Below are positions 7,291-18,291 of a stretch of DNA of 41,553 bases, piece after piece. Every line of letters begins with the position of its first letter. Position 1 is the first letter of the stretch. Location: NCBI GenBank assembly GCA_029858935.1, contig JAOUEA010000002.1, forward strand, positions 1 through 41,553, in the 5' to 3' direction. Source of the stretch: Actinomycetota bacterium (lineage in GTDB: Bacteria; Actinomycetota; UBA4738; HRBIN12). The notes beneath the pieces were generated by a model. That model was not told where the DNA came from. It ran no database searches and saw only the letters and a list, made by a program, of their open reading frames with translations. The translations under genes and the position numbers were made by a program.

Positions 7291-8567
7291 GCGGAGCCGA
7301 GCGCGTCGAGGTCGTCGGCATCGGCACCGAACTGCTGCTCGGTCAGATCGCGAACACGAACGCTCGATGGATCGGAGAGCGGCTGGCGGAGATCGGGGCC
7401 GATGTTTACTACCACCAGGTCGTCGGGGACAACCTCGATCGCATCGTCGATGTCCTGGAGGTGGCCGCGGCCAGGACCGACGTCGTACTTGTGACCGGAG
7501 GATTGGGACCGACCGAGGACGACATCACGCGCGAGGCGATCGCAGCGGTCATGGGTGTGCCGCTCGAGCGTGACGCATCGCTGGAACGCTGGCTCCGCGA
7601 ACGGTTCGCGGGGTTCGCCGACGGCCCCATGCCCGAGAACAACCTCTGTCAGGCCGACGTGCCCCGCGGAGCGCGAACGATCGAGAACCCCCGCGGGTCG
7701 GCGCCGGGCCTCGTGGCGAACCTTCCGCATGACGTGCGCCTCTACGCGATGCCGGGCGTGCCGAGCGAGATGATCGCCATGATGCAGAGCACCGTGCTGC
7801 CCGAATTGAGCGCGTCGATCGGTGCGGCGGTTGTGCGCTCCCGGACACTTCGGAGCGTGGGCATCGGCGAGTCGAGGGTGGCGGAGTTGCTCGCGGATCT
7901 GTTCCCCTCGTCGTCCAATCCGAGTATCGCCTACCTCGCGTCGGCCGGGGAGGTCAAGGTTCGGCTCACCGCGAAGTCCGACAGCGTCGAGCATGCCGAG
8001 TCGATGATCGAACCGCTCGCGATCGAGGTGCAACGGCGCCTGGGGGACGTGGTGTACACGAGCCATGACGAGACGCTCGAGCAGGTGGTCACGCGGCTGT
8101 TGTCGGCCTCCGGGCTGCGGATGGCGTGTGCCGAGTCGCTGACGGGAGGTGCGGTCGGTGCCCGCATGACGGCGGCTGAGGGGGCTTCCGACGTGTTCGT
8201 GGGGTCGGCCGTCACGTATACAGCTCAGGCGAAGCACCGGGTCCTCGGCGTGTCGCTCGGAACGATCGAAGGTCCGGGGGTGGTGAGCCGCGAGTGCGCG
8301 CTCGAGATGGCTGCGGGTGCGAGGCGGCTGTTCTCGTCGGACGTGGCCGTCTCGCTCACGGGCGCGGCAGGTCCCGAACCGCATGACGGGGCGGTCCGGG
8401 GCACGGTGTGGATCGGGCTCGACGCCGAAGATGCTTCGCACGCCCGCGGCTACGTCGCAGCCGGTGATCGGGCGCGGGTCCGCCGCTGGGCCGAGCAGGC
8501 CGCCCTGGATCTCGTGCGTCGCCACCTCGAGGGCATGCCTTTGCCCGAGAGCGACCGCATCATCTGA
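7287..8567 (+). CDS. cinA: Competence/damage-inducible protein CinA (MoCF-type domain + PncC-type NMN amidohydrolase domain)
   Basis: VEVVGIGTELLLGQIANTNARW, TGGLGPTEDDITRE and C-terminal ACAESLTGG motifs. ATG 7287 overlaps the upstream stop (ATGA). The first ~880 nt of track ORF 6408..8567 are a shadow frame. Confidence 0.93.
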   Translation: MSGAERVEVVGIGTELLLGQIANTNARWIGERLAEIGADVYYHQVVGDNLDRIVDVLEVAAARTDVVLVTGGLGPTEDDITREAIAAVMGVPLERDASLERWLRERFAGFADGPMPENNLCQADVPRGARTIENPRGSAPGLVANLPHDVRLYAMPGVPSEMIAMMQSTVLPELSASIGAAVVRSRTLRSVGIGESRVAELLADLFPSSSNPSIAYLASAGEVKVRLTAKSDSVEHAESMIEPLAIEVQRRLGDVVYTSHDETLEQVVTRLLSASGLRMACAESLTGGAVGARMTAAEGASDVFVGSAVTYTAQAKHRVLGVSLGTIEGPGVVSRECALEMAAGARRLFSSDVAVSLTGAAGPEPHDGAVRGTVWIGLDAEDASHARGYVAAGDRARVRRWAEQAALDLVRRHLEGMPLPESDRII

Positions 8568-8572
8568 GCGCC

Positions 8573-9163
8573 GTGCCGGAGGGAACGGCGTCGGGGCCCG
8601 AACCGAAGCCGGAGCGCCTGTTCGTCGCGTTCACCCTCCCCGAGCATGCGGCGACCGCGGTCGAGAGGGCGATCGAGCCTTGGCACGAGGCGTTCCCGAC
8701 GATGCGATGGACGCCCAAGGAGAACTACCACGTGACGCTGCGATTCCTCGGGTCGACGCCGGTCCGGCTCGTGCCGTGGGTCGGCGAACGCCTGGCCGAT
8801 GCGGCGGGCATCGCCTCTGTCCCCTCGACACGGATACGGGGTCTTGGCTCGTTTCCTGCCCGCGGGCGAGCGCGCGTCCTCTGGGCTGGGCTCGACGACG
8901 AGCGGGGGGCGCTCGCACGGCTCGCCGGTTCGATCCGGGGAGCGCTGGCTCCGGAGTTCCCTCTCGAGCTCGCACCCTTCAGCCCGCATGTCACCGTGGC
9001 ACGGAGTCGTGCTCCGTCGGACCTGCCGCCCGAGTTCGCGGCGACCTTCCTCGAGAGCGAGCCCTTCTCGGTCGGAACGATCGTGCTGATGCGAAGCCGC
9101 CTGCGGCGCCCCGCTCCCATCTATGAGCCGATCCGGACCTTCGCGTTGACGGGCACGAACTGA
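8573..9163 (+). CDS. thpR: RNA 2',3'-cyclic phosphodiesterase ThpR / LigT (2H phosphoesterase)
   Basis: Two H-x-T motifs (HVTLRFLG and HVTVARS) at the spacing typical of the family. GTG start 5 nt after the cinA stop. Confidence 0.85.
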   Translation: MPEGTASGPEPKPERLFVAFTLPEHAATAVERAIEPWHEAFPTMRWTPKENYHVTLRFLGSTPVRLVPWVGERLADAAGIASVPSTRIRGLGSFPARGRARVLWAGLDDERGALARLAGSIRGALAPEFPLELAPFSPHVTVARSRAPSDLPPEFAATFLESEPFSVGTIVLMRSRLRRPAPIYEPIRTFALTGTN

Positions 9164-9184
9164 AAAGAGGTCTCTACGGGGTGG

Positions 9185-9213
9185 TTGTATCCGAACACCT
9201 GTTCGGGTATCGT
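9185..9213 (+). promoter_or_regulatory. Candidate recA promoter: TTGTAT, 17-nt spacer, TATCGT
   Basis: The hexamers were read directly. The 17-nt spacer contains the whole 16-bp LexA box. Confidence 0.45.
9191..9206. promoter_or_regulatory. LexA (SOS) box CCGAACACCTGTTCGG upstream of recA
   Basis: A perfect GAAC-N4-GTTC palindrome of the Gram-positive/mycobacterial (Cheo-type) consensus, 150 nt upstream of the recA start. Confidence 0.8.
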
Positions 9214-9358
9214 CCGGACCGGCATCTAGGAGATCACAGAGGTGTAACTTATGTCAGACCCGCTCGATAGCGTGCGCCTTCCAGACGGGGACGCGCTCGC
9301 TCGCCACCTCCTCGCCGGTGGGCCGAGGGGCCGAGATGCGAGTCAGAAGGAGGACACG

Positions 9359-10471
<1,113 letters not shown>

Positions 10472-10477
10472 TCGCCA

Positions 10478-10999
10478 GTGACGGGACCCTCAGCGACCCC
10501 GTCTCGGTCGAGAGGCTCGGCCACGACGCCGCGGAACCCCAAGAACTGCCACGAACGAGCCCTGGGTCTGCTCGCGGTACGCCCTCGTGCTCGCCGCGAG
10601 CTCGAGCGGCGGCTGCGTGCAGCGGGGTTCGAGGCCGGTGAGGTGGCCGACGTGCTCGAGCGGCTCGAGCGCGTCGGGTTGATCGACGATCGAGCCTTCG
10701 CTCGTCAGATGGCCGACCACCACTTCGGCACCCGACGTGCGGGCCGTCGGGCCGTGGAGAGCGCATTGCTCGCCAAAGGCATCTCCGCAGACCTGGCGAA
10801 CGAGGTGGCTGCGCTGGCGCCCGAGGACGAGCACGAACGGGCGATCGAGCTTGCGCGCTCACGGGTGCGTCGACTCGCCGGGGTGGAGCCCGTCAAGGCC
10901 TTCGGACGGCTCACGTCGCTGTTGATCCGTCGCGGCTATGCACCCGACGTCGCGCGATCGGCGGCTCGCACGGCGCTCGAGGTGGACGACGCGGACTAG
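10478..10999 (+). CDS. recX: Recombination regulator RecX
   Basis: Immediately downstream of recA. Repeated three-helix motifs (ALGLLAVRPRARRELERRL, DDRAFARQ, YAPDVARSA). Confidence 0.88.
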   Translation: MTGPSATPSRSRGSATTPRNPKNCHERALGLLAVRPRARRELERRLRAAGFEAGEVADVLERLERVGLIDDRAFARQMADHHFGTRRAGRRAVESALLAKGISADLANEVAALAPEDEHERAIELARSRVRRLAGVEPVKAFGRLTSLLIRRGYAPDVARSAARTALEVDDAD

Positions 11000-11268
11000 G
11001 CCGATGGGACCTTGTCTCGTCGGCGCCGCCGCCGTAGCATCGGGAGGACGAGAGGAACACTTCCGAAACCACGTTCAACGAGATCCTGTCTGTGAGCGAG
11101 TCTTGACCCCGACCCCAACCCCGATGCATCGATCGACGAGAGCAGCCGGACGAGAACGCGCCGGCGAGTGTTGAACGGCCGCATGCTCGCGCACAGCACC
11201 TGAACGAACGCGGACCGGAGGGTCCTTCTCGCAAACGTCGTCTGACGAGGTTTGTGGAGGAGAGAGCC

Positions 11269-12801
11269 ATGGTCCCTGTACTAGCCGCGATCGGCGGACT
11301 GCTGCTGGGCTTCACCGCCGGCTTCCTGTATCGGAAGTCGATCGCGGCGAGCAACGCGCACAGCATCGAGACCCGGGCGCAGAAGCTCCTACTCGACGCC
11401 GAGCGCGAGGCCGATGCGTCATCGAAGCAGCTACTCGCCGAGGCGAAGGACGAGATCGCTACGATCCGCCGCGATGCTGATGAGGACCTGCGAGGACGGC
11501 GCGACGAGGTCGCTCGGCAAGAGCGCCGCATGGCCGGCGCGGAAGCCGAACTGAAGACGAGAACTGCTCGGGTCGACGCGAAGGAGTCCGAGCTCGACGA
11601 GCGAGACGAGAAACTCACGTACGTGCGGTCCCAGCTCGAGAAGGCCACCGAGCTGCACCGAGCGCAACTCGAGAGGATCGCCGGCCTGACCTCCAGCGAG
11701 GCCCGTGAGCAGCTCATGGCTCAGATCGTCGACGAGGCGAAGCGCGCTGCCATGAGCCAGGTACGGGAGATCGAGCAGCGAGCCCGCGAAGAGGGTGAGG
11801 AGCGCGCCCGCAAGCTCGTCACGATCGCGATCCAGCGAGTGGCGTCGGAGCAGACCGCCGAGTCGACCGTGAGCGTGTTCGCGCTCCCGAGCGAGGACAT
11901 GAAAGGGCGCATCATCGGGCGCGAGGGCCGCAACATCCGAGCGTTCGAATCTGTCACCGGGGTGAACCTGATCATCGACGACACACCCGAAGCGGTCGTG
12001 CTCTCGTGCTTCGATCCGGTGCGCCGTGAGGCAGCACGCATGACGCTCGGCAAGTTGGTGGAAGACGGACGTATCCATCCTGCGCGCATCGAGGAGATCC
12101 ACGAACGTTCGCTGCGGGAACTCGAGGAACACGTGCGTCGCGCCGGCGAGGACGCCGTGGCGGAAGTCGGCATCACCGACATCCACCCGGAGATGGTTAA
12201 GTTGCTGGGACGTCTTCAGTACCGCACGTCGTACGGCCAGAACGTGCTGCGTCATCTCGTGGAGTCGGCCCATATCGCGAGCAGCCTGGCGGCCGAGATC
12301 GGGCTCGATCCGACGATCGTGAAGCGTGGAGCCTTCCTGCACGACGTGGGCAAGGCCGTGACGCACGAGGTCGAGGGCTCGCACGCGATCATCGGTGCCG
12401 AGATCGCTCGGCGGATGGGCGAATCGCTCGAAGTCGTGCACTGCATCGAATCGCATCACGGCGAGGTGGAGCAGCACACGATCGATGCCGTGCTCGCGCA
12501 GATCGCCGATGGCATCAGCGGCGGCCGTCCGGGAGCGCGGCGCGAATCATTGGAGACCTACGTGAAGCGGCTGGAGCGTCTCGAGGAGATCTGTTCCGCC
12601 CACGAAGGCGTCGTGAAGACCTTCGCGATGCAGGCGGGACGAGAGGTCCGCGTGATGGTGGAACCAGAGGACATCGACGATCTCCAGGCGCAGGTCATCG
12701 CGCGTGACATCGCGAAACAGGTCGAAGAGGAACTCCAGTACCCGGGCCAGATCCGCATCACGGTCGTTCGGGAGACCCGCGCGATCGAGTTCGCGAAGTA
12801 A
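11269..12801 (+). CDS. rny: Ribonuclease Y
   Basis: N-terminal membrane helix, long coiled coil, KH domain (GRIIGREGRNIRAFE), and HD domain (LHDVGKA...HH). ATG 11269 follows GGAGGAGAGAG. GTG 11254 is an alternative. Confidence 0.95.
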   Translation: MVPVLAAIGGLLLGFTAGFLYRKSIAASNAHSIETRAQKLLLDAEREADASSKQLLAEAKDEIATIRRDADEDLRGRRDEVARQERRMAGAEAELKTRTARVDAKESELDERDEKLTYVRSQLEKATELHRAQLERIAGLTSSEAREQLMAQIVDEAKRAAMSQVREIEQRAREEGEERARKLVTIAIQRVASEQTAESTVSVFALPSEDMKGRIIGREGRNIRAFESVTGVNLIIDDTPEAVVLSCFDPVRREAARMTLGKLVEDGRIHPARIEEIHERSLRELEEHVRRAGEDAVAEVGITDIHPEMVKLLGRLQYRTSYGQNVLRHLVESAHIASSLAAEIGLDPTIVKRGAFLHDVGKAVTHEVEGSHAIIGAEIARRMGESLEVVHCIESHHGEVEQHTIDAVLAQIADGISGGRPGARRESLETYVKRLERLEEICSAHEGVVKTFAMQAGREVRVMVEPEDIDDLQAQVIARDIAKQVEEELQYPGQIRITVVRETRAIEFAK

Positions 12802-12829
12802 ACCGATGCCGCTCGGGTAGCCTGTCGGA

Positions 12830-14173
12830 GTGGAGCGCACGTTCCTGATCCGCACCTTCGGGTGCCAGATGAATGAGCACGACTCCGAGCGCATCGCGGG
12901 AGTGCTGCAGGCCGATGGCCTGAAGCCCACCGACGACGTGTCCGAGGCCGGCGTCGTGGTACTGAACACCTGTGCGATCAGGGAGAACGCGGACAACAAG
13001 CTCTACGGAAACCTCGGGCACCTGAAACCGGTCAAAGCCGCGAACCCGGGGCTGAGGATCGTCGTCGCGGGGTGTCTCGCTCAAAAAGACCGGGGCGAGA
13101 TCCAGCGTCGCGCGCCGTGGGTCGACGTCGTCGTCGGCACCCATGCGCTGCCGCACCTGTTGGACCTGTTGGAGCGGTCAGAGACCGAGGGCGCCCAGAT
13201 GGACGTGCGTGAATACACCGAGACGTTCCCGAGCGCTCTGCCGGCGGTTCGCCTCGATGCGTTCCGGGCGTGGGTCTCGATCGCGCCGGGATGCGACAAC
13301 GCGTGCAGCTTCTGCATCGTGCCGTTGGTGCGGGGTCCGCAGCGTTCCCGATCGATCGGCGACATCCTCGTCGAAGTGCAGGGTCTCGTGGCGGGAGGCG
13401 TGGTCGAGGTCACGCTGTTGGGGCAGAACGTGAACACCTACGGTCGAGACGTCACCGTCCCCGGCTCCGCCCGCCGGCCCTTGTTCGCCCAACTGCTGCG
13501 TCAGGTCGGGGCAGTCGAGGGCCTCCGCAGGGTCAGGTTCACCAGTCCGCATCCCCGCGATTTCACCCCCGACGTGATCGACGCTATGGCCGACACGCCG
13601 ACCGTGTGCGAGCACATGCACTTCCCGCTGCAGTCGGGTTCTGACGACGTGCTCAGACGCATGCAGCGCTCCTACCGTCGCGAGCGCTACCTCGAGTGGC
13701 TCGATCGCATCCGCGACGCCATCCCCGGCATCGGAGTCTCGACCGATGTCATCGTCGGGTTCCCGGGCGAGACCGAGGCGGACTTCGCGAACACCCTCGA
13801 GGTCGTGGAGGCCGCGCGGTTCGACAGCGCCTACATGTTCCAGTACTCGCCCAGGCCAGGCACCAAGGCCGCGGCGTTCGACGAGCAGGTCCCGAAGGAA
13901 GTCGTGCAGGAGCGCTTCGATCGACTGGTCGAGTTGCAGGAGCGCATCTCGAGTGAGCGGGCGGGCGCGCTGGTGGGACAGACCGTGGAGGTCCTCGTGG
14001 AAGGCGGCGACCGGAAGGGGCGATCCACACAGTCACGCACGCGGACCAACCGCATCGTGCATCTTGCCGATGCGCTGGAGCCCGGCTCGTTCGTCGACGT
14101 CAGGGTAGTCGCGTCGGCAGCCCACCATCTGACCGGCGAGCTCGTGCGCGAGCCTGCCTCCCCTGCCCGTTGA
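12830..14173 (+). CDS. miaB: tRNA-2-methylthio-N6-dimethylallyladenosine synthase MiaB (radical SAM)
   Basis: TFGCQMNEHDSE UPF0004 N-terminus, CDNACSFCIVP radical-SAM cluster motif, and a C-terminal TRAM domain. Confidence 0.93.
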   Translation: MERTFLIRTFGCQMNEHDSERIAGVLQADGLKPTDDVSEAGVVVLNTCAIRENADNKLYGNLGHLKPVKAANPGLRIVVAGCLAQKDRGEIQRRAPWVDVVVGTHALPHLLDLLERSETEGAQMDVREYTETFPSALPAVRLDAFRAWVSIAPGCDNACSFCIVPLVRGPQRSRSIGDILVEVQGLVAGGVVEVTLLGQNVNTYGRDVTVPGSARRPLFAQLLRQVGAVEGLRRVRFTSPHPRDFTPDVIDAMADTPTVCEHMHFPLQSGSDDVLRRMQRSYRRERYLEWLDRIRDAIPGIGVSTDVIVGFPGETEADFANTLEVVEAARFDSAYMFQYSPRPGTKAAAFDEQVPKEVVQERFDRLVELQERISSERAGALVGQTVEVLVEGGDRKGRSTQSRTRTNRIVHLADALEPGSFVDVRVVASAAHHLTGELVREPASPAR

Positions 14174-15111
14174 CTCGCCGGTCGATCGTGGGTTCACCGC
14201 CCCTGAAAGCGCTGGTTGGCCCGACGGCCTGCGGGAAAACCGAGGCGGCCATCGTGCTCGCTCGATCGTTGGGGGGCGAGGTCTGCTACGCGGACTCGAT
14301 GGTCGTGTATCGCGGTATGGACATCGGCACGGCGAAGCCGACGCGAGCCCAGCGCGCTTCGGTGCCCCACCACTTACTCGATCTGATCGAACCCAGCGAA
14401 CGGTTCACGGTGGCACGATTCCAGGCGATGGCCATGGAAGCGATCGAGGATGTTCGAGGCAGGCACTCCGTTCCCTTGTTGGTCGGCGGGTCCGGTCTTT
14501 ACGTTCGCGCCGTGGTCGACGGACTGGAGTTCCCGGGGGAAGACCCGCTCGTGCGGGGAGAACTCGAGGCTGAGGCTCGGGTCGCGGGGGCAGGGGCGTT
14601 GTACCGACGGCTCGAGGCCCTCGATGCTGTCGCCGCGGCCAAGATCGAGCCGGACAACGTTCGGCGCATCGTGCGAGCGCTCGAGGTCCCGGCGATCACG
14701 GGAAGGCGATTCAGTGAGTTCGCCGAGGGCTGGGAACGCTACGACCCCGCCCGAACGCGGATGGCGGGCATCCGGGTCGCATCCGAGGTGCTCGCTGCCC
14801 GCATCTCGCACCGCGTCTCCGCGATGTTCGCCGCCGGCTGGCTCGAGGAGGTGCGGGGGCTGGTGGAGCGCGGCTTCGGCCGCTGGCTGACCTCGACACA
14901 GGCCATCGGATACTCCGAGCTCGCCCGGCACCTCGACGGTAGGCTCAGCCTCGAGGAGGCGCGGGAGCAGACGGTGCGGCGTACGAAAGGCCTGGCCCGA
15001 CGACAGATGGCATGGTTCCGTCGTGACCCCCGCGTGCGCTGGTTCGACGCCGGCGAGGGAGGAGCGAGCGAGATCACCGACGCCGTCGACTCGTATCTCC
15101 GCGATCCATGA
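14170..15111 (+). CDS. miaA: tRNA dimethylallyltransferase MiaA
   Basis: P-loop GPTACGKT, DSMVVYRGMDIGTAKPT and AKRQMTWFR-like (ARRQMAWFRRD) motifs. TTG 14170 overlaps the miaB stop. GTG 14188 is an alternative. Confidence 0.92.
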   Translation: MTRRSIVGSPPLKALVGPTACGKTEAAIVLARSLGGEVCYADSMVVYRGMDIGTAKPTRAQRASVPHHLLDLIEPSERFTVARFQAMAMEAIEDVRGRHSVPLLVGGSGLYVRAVVDGLEFPGEDPLVRGELEAEARVAGAGALYRRLEALDAVAAAKIEPDNVRRIVRALEVPAITGRRFSEFAEGWERYDPARTRMAGIRVASEVLAARISHRVSAMFAAGWLEEVRGLVERGFGRWLTSTQAIGYSELARHLDGRLSLEEAREQTVRRTKGLARRQMAWFRRDPRVRWFDAGEGGASEITDAVDSYLRDP

Positions 15112-15986
15112 GCCGGCCACTCGAGTTCGCGAAGTACCAAGGCACGGGCAACGATTTCGTCATGGTGCTCGACCTCAACGATGATCGAGGGCCGCTGTCT
15201 TCCGATGACGTGGCGGCGGTGTGTGACCGGCGCACGGGGGTCGGAGCTGACGGAGTCATCCGCGTCGTGCGCACCGACGATGAAGGAGCCTCGTTCTTCA
15301 TGGACTACGCCAACGCGGACGGATCCGAGGCCGAGATGTGCGGAAACGGCATCCGTTGCGTGGGTGTGCTGCTCCACGATCAGGGAGTCGTCGATGCCAC
15401 GTCGCTCGGTGTGCTCACGCGCGCCGGCGTGAAACGCCTGACCTTGCACCCCGAGGTCGATGGACGCGTCACTCGCGTGTCTGTATCGATGGGAACACCG
15501 AACTTCACCCGCGCCGCGATCCCGATGCACGGGCCCGCTTGGGAGACGTTCCTCGGTCAGCCGTTCGAGATCGGTGGTGGTCTCACCCTCACGACCTCGG
15601 CCGTCTCGATGGGCAATCCCCACCTGGTCGTCTTCGTCGACGGAGACCCGGCGACGGTGCACGTGAGCCACGTCGGCCCGGCGCTCGAACGCCATGAGCT
15701 CTTCCCCGAGCACACCAACGTCGAGTTCGTATACGTGCACGACGACGTGGTGCACGCTCGGGTCTGGGAGCGAGGCAGCGGGGAGACGCGCGCCTGTGGA
15801 AGTGGTGCCTGTGCAGCCGCGGTCGCCGCGAACGAGGCCGGCCTCGTCCCCGCGAAGACCATCGTCAGGTTCCCGGGGGGCGACGTGGAGGTGGAACGTC
15901 GTGACGACGGCGAGGTCGTGCTCACCGGCGACGCGCTGCGCGTGTTCGAAGGCTCGGTCGACCTCGAGGAACTGCCCGCCCCATGA
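15108..15986 (+). CDS. dapF: Diaminopimelate epimerase
   Basis: KYQGTGNDFV N-terminus and two catalytic Cys motifs (MCGNG, ACGSG). ATGA overlap with miaA. Confidence 0.94.
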   Translation: MSRPLEFAKYQGTGNDFVMVLDLNDDRGPLSSDDVAAVCDRRTGVGADGVIRVVRTDDEGASFFMDYANADGSEAEMCGNGIRCVGVLLHDQGVVDATSLGVLTRAGVKRLTLHPEVDGRVTRVSVSMGTPNFTRAAIPMHGPAWETFLGQPFEIGGGLTLTTSAVSMGNPHLVVFVDGDPATVHVSHVGPALERHELFPEHTNVEFVYVHDDVVHARVWERGSGETRACGSGACAAAVAANEAGLVPAKTIVRFPGGDVEVERRDDGEVVLTGDALRVFEGSVDLEELPAP

Positions 15987-17122
15987 GCGCCGTCGACGGA
16001 GGAGCGATCTCGGAAGTGGGCGGTCGTCTCGCCGGCCGCACGCTCTCGCTCATCGACGTGCCCTCGGTCAGCGGTGACGAAGCAGCCGTGCTCGCGTCGA
16101 TCGCAGCGTCCGTGCCCGCGAGCTTCGAGGTGCTCGATGCGACCGACGGCGTGCTGTTCGTGGCTCCCATCGCCAGGCGGACCGGCGCGCCGTTCGTCGT
16201 GCTGGCGGGCCACGTCGATACCGTGCCGGTCGCGGGCAACGTGCCGGGTACCATCGCGGGCACCTCGGTGCGCGGACGGGGAGCCTCCGACATGAAGGGG
16301 GCGCTTGCCGTGATGCAGGAGATCGCGATCGAGTTGCACGCCGACCCCGGACCCTTCGACGTCGGGCTCCTCTTCTTCGGGCGGGAGGAGCTGCCGTTCA
16401 CCCAGAGCTCTCTGCTCCCGCTGTTCGATCGATGCCCCGTCGCTTCCACGCCCGATCTCGCGATCGTGATGGAACCCACCGACAACGCAATCGAGGTCGG
16501 ATGCCTCGGCAACCTGAACGCGACCGTCATCGTCACCGGCCGCGCCGCCCATAGCGCCCGCCCATGGCTCGGCGACAACGCGATCCACCGTGCCATCGCG
16601 GCGCTCACCTCGATCGCAGACCTTCCCCCACGGGATGTGACGATCGACGGCCTCACGTACAGCGAAGTGATGAACGTCACCACGATCGAGGGAGGCACGG
16701 CCGCCAACGTCGTTCCCGGCCGTGTCGAGGCTCGAGTCAACTACCGGTACGCGCCCGGACACACGCCCGACGAAGCGGAGGCCCGGCTGCGAGAGTTGCT
16801 CTCGATCTCGGCGGTCGAGGTTCGCATCGACGGGAATGCTCCCCCGGGGCCGGTGAGCGTGAAGAACCCGCTCGTGACGCGCCTGCGGGAAGCAGGCGAC
16901 CTGCGGCTCGGGGCGAAGCAGGCGTGGACGCCGGTTGCCGAGTTCGCGTTGGTGGGCGTCGACGCCGTCAACTTCGGCCCGGGCGATCCGCAGTACGCCC
17001 ACCGGGACGACGAGTGCATCGAGATCTCATCGCTGGTGCGCTGCCATGAGATCCTGCGGGCGTTCCTCGGACTCGGGTCGGCCGACCGCCGGGCAGAGCG
17101 AAAGAGGTCGTCGACCACATGA
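15983..17122 (+). CDS. dapE: Succinyl-diaminopimelate desuccinylase (M20 peptidase)
   Basis: GHVDTVP and GASDMKG M20 motifs. Actinobacterial DapE length, and position between dapF and dapC/dapD. ATGA overlap with dapF. Confidence 0.8.
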   Translation: MSAVDGGAISEVGGRLAGRTLSLIDVPSVSGDEAAVLASIAASVPASFEVLDATDGVLFVAPIARRTGAPFVVLAGHVDTVPVAGNVPGTIAGTSVRGRGASDMKGALAVMQEIAIELHADPGPFDVGLLFFGREELPFTQSSLLPLFDRCPVASTPDLAIVMEPTDNAIEVGCLGNLNATVIVTGRAAHSARPWLGDNAIHRAIAALTSIADLPPRDVTIDGLTYSEVMNVTTIEGGTAANVVPGRVEARVNYRYAPGHTPDEAEARLRELLSISAVEVRIDGNAPPGPVSVKNPLVTRLREAGDLRLGAKQAWTPVAEFALVGVDAVNFGPGDPQYAHRDDECIEISSLVRCHEILRAFLGLGSADRRAERKRSSTT

Positions 17123-18291
17123 CGCATCTATCTCCGGGCATCCGGCAGGTCGAGCAGTACCCGTTCGAAGAGCTCGACCGACGGAGAGCCGCCGCGGTCG
17201 CGGCCGGCCGCGAGGTGATCGACTTCGGCGTCGGTGACCCGCGGGAGGTCACGGCGCCGCTCATCCGTGACGCCCTCCGCGAGGCGATCGAGCCTATCTC
17301 CTCGTATCCACGCGCGGCGGGACTGCCGGAGCTGCGTGGTGCCGTGTCCAGCTGGATCGGTCGCCGGTTCGGCGTCGATCTCGACCCGGATCTTCACGTC
17401 CTGCCCCTGCTCGGCAGCAAGGAGATCGTCTTCTCCTTGGCGCAAGCGACGCTCGATCCGGCATCCGGCAAGGATCTCGTGCTCGTGACGACACCCGGGT
17501 ACACGATCCCCGAACGAGGCGCGCGATATGCCGGAGGTGAGGTGCGCCGCCTGCCGCTGCTGGAAGGAAAGGGCTTCCTGCCCTCACTCGACCAGGTGGA
17601 CGACGCGACATGGGACCGCGCCTCGATCCTGTGGGTCAACTACCCGAACAATCCGACAGGGGCGGTCGCGCCTCTGGACTTCCTGCGCCACGCCGCGGAG
17701 CGATGCCGACGCCACGACGTGCTCCTGGCGTCCGACGAGGCCTACAGCGAACTGTGGTTCGAGGGTGCCCCACCGTCGTCGGCGCTGCAGGTCGGCGATC
17801 TCACGAACGTGCTCGCGGTCAACACGCTCAGCAAGCGTTCGTCGATGACCGGATATCGCAGCGGATTCGCCGCCGGCGACCCCTCGATGATCGCCGCGCT
17901 CAAGGCGCTGCGGCCCAGCGCCGGGGTTACCCCCCAAGAGTTCGTGCAACGGGCGTCGATCGCGGCGTGGAACGACGAAACGCACGTCGAGGACAACCGG
18001 GCGCGCTACGCCGAGAAGCGGGAGCGGTTCGTCGATCTCTTCGAACGCCGCGGCATCCGCCTCGCGGGCGGAAGCGCCACGTTCTACCTGTGGATCGCGG
18101 TGCCCGGGGGCGGAGATTCGTTGTCATGGGCGCTCGAGCTGTTGGAACGCACCGGTGTGCTCGTCGCGCCGGGCACGTTCTTCGGACCGCATGGGGAGGG
18201 GTACGTTCGTATGGCGATGGTGCCGACCTTGAGGGAATGCGAGCTCGCGATCGAGCGGCTCGACTCGGCGCTCGCAGAGGTGCGCTCGTGA
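17119..18291 (+). CDS. dapC: Succinyldiaminopimelate transaminase (class I/II aminotransferase)
   Basis: YPNNPTG and NTLSKRSSMTGYRSGF (PLP lysine) motifs. The specific substrate assignment rests on gene context (dapE upstream, dapD downstream). Confidence 0.7.
   Translation: MTHLSPGIRQVEQYPFEELDRRRAAAVAAGREVIDFGVGDPREVTAPLIRDALREAIEPISSYPRAAGLPELRGAVSSWIGRRFGVDLDPDLHVLPLLGSKEIVFSLAQATLDPASGKDLVLVTTPGYTIPERGARYAGGEVRRLPLLEGKGFLPSLDQVDDATWDRASILWVNYPNNPTGAVAPLDFLRHAAERCRRHDVLLASDEAYSELWFEGAPPSSALQVGDLTNVLAVNTLSKRSSMTGYRSGFAAGDPSMIAALKALRPSAGVTPQEFVQRASIAAWNDETHVEDNRARYAEKRERFVDLFERRGIRLAGGSATFYLWIAVPGGGDSLSWALELLERTGVLVAPGTFFGPHGEGYVRMAMVPTLRECELAIERLDSALAEVRS

Noticed and set aside
11065-11076. 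SOS-like site GAAA-ccac-GTTC about 190 nt upstream of rny.
   Set aside because: It has one mismatch in the core, no flanking TC/GA palindrome extension, and lies far from any plausible promoter. A chance match is likely.
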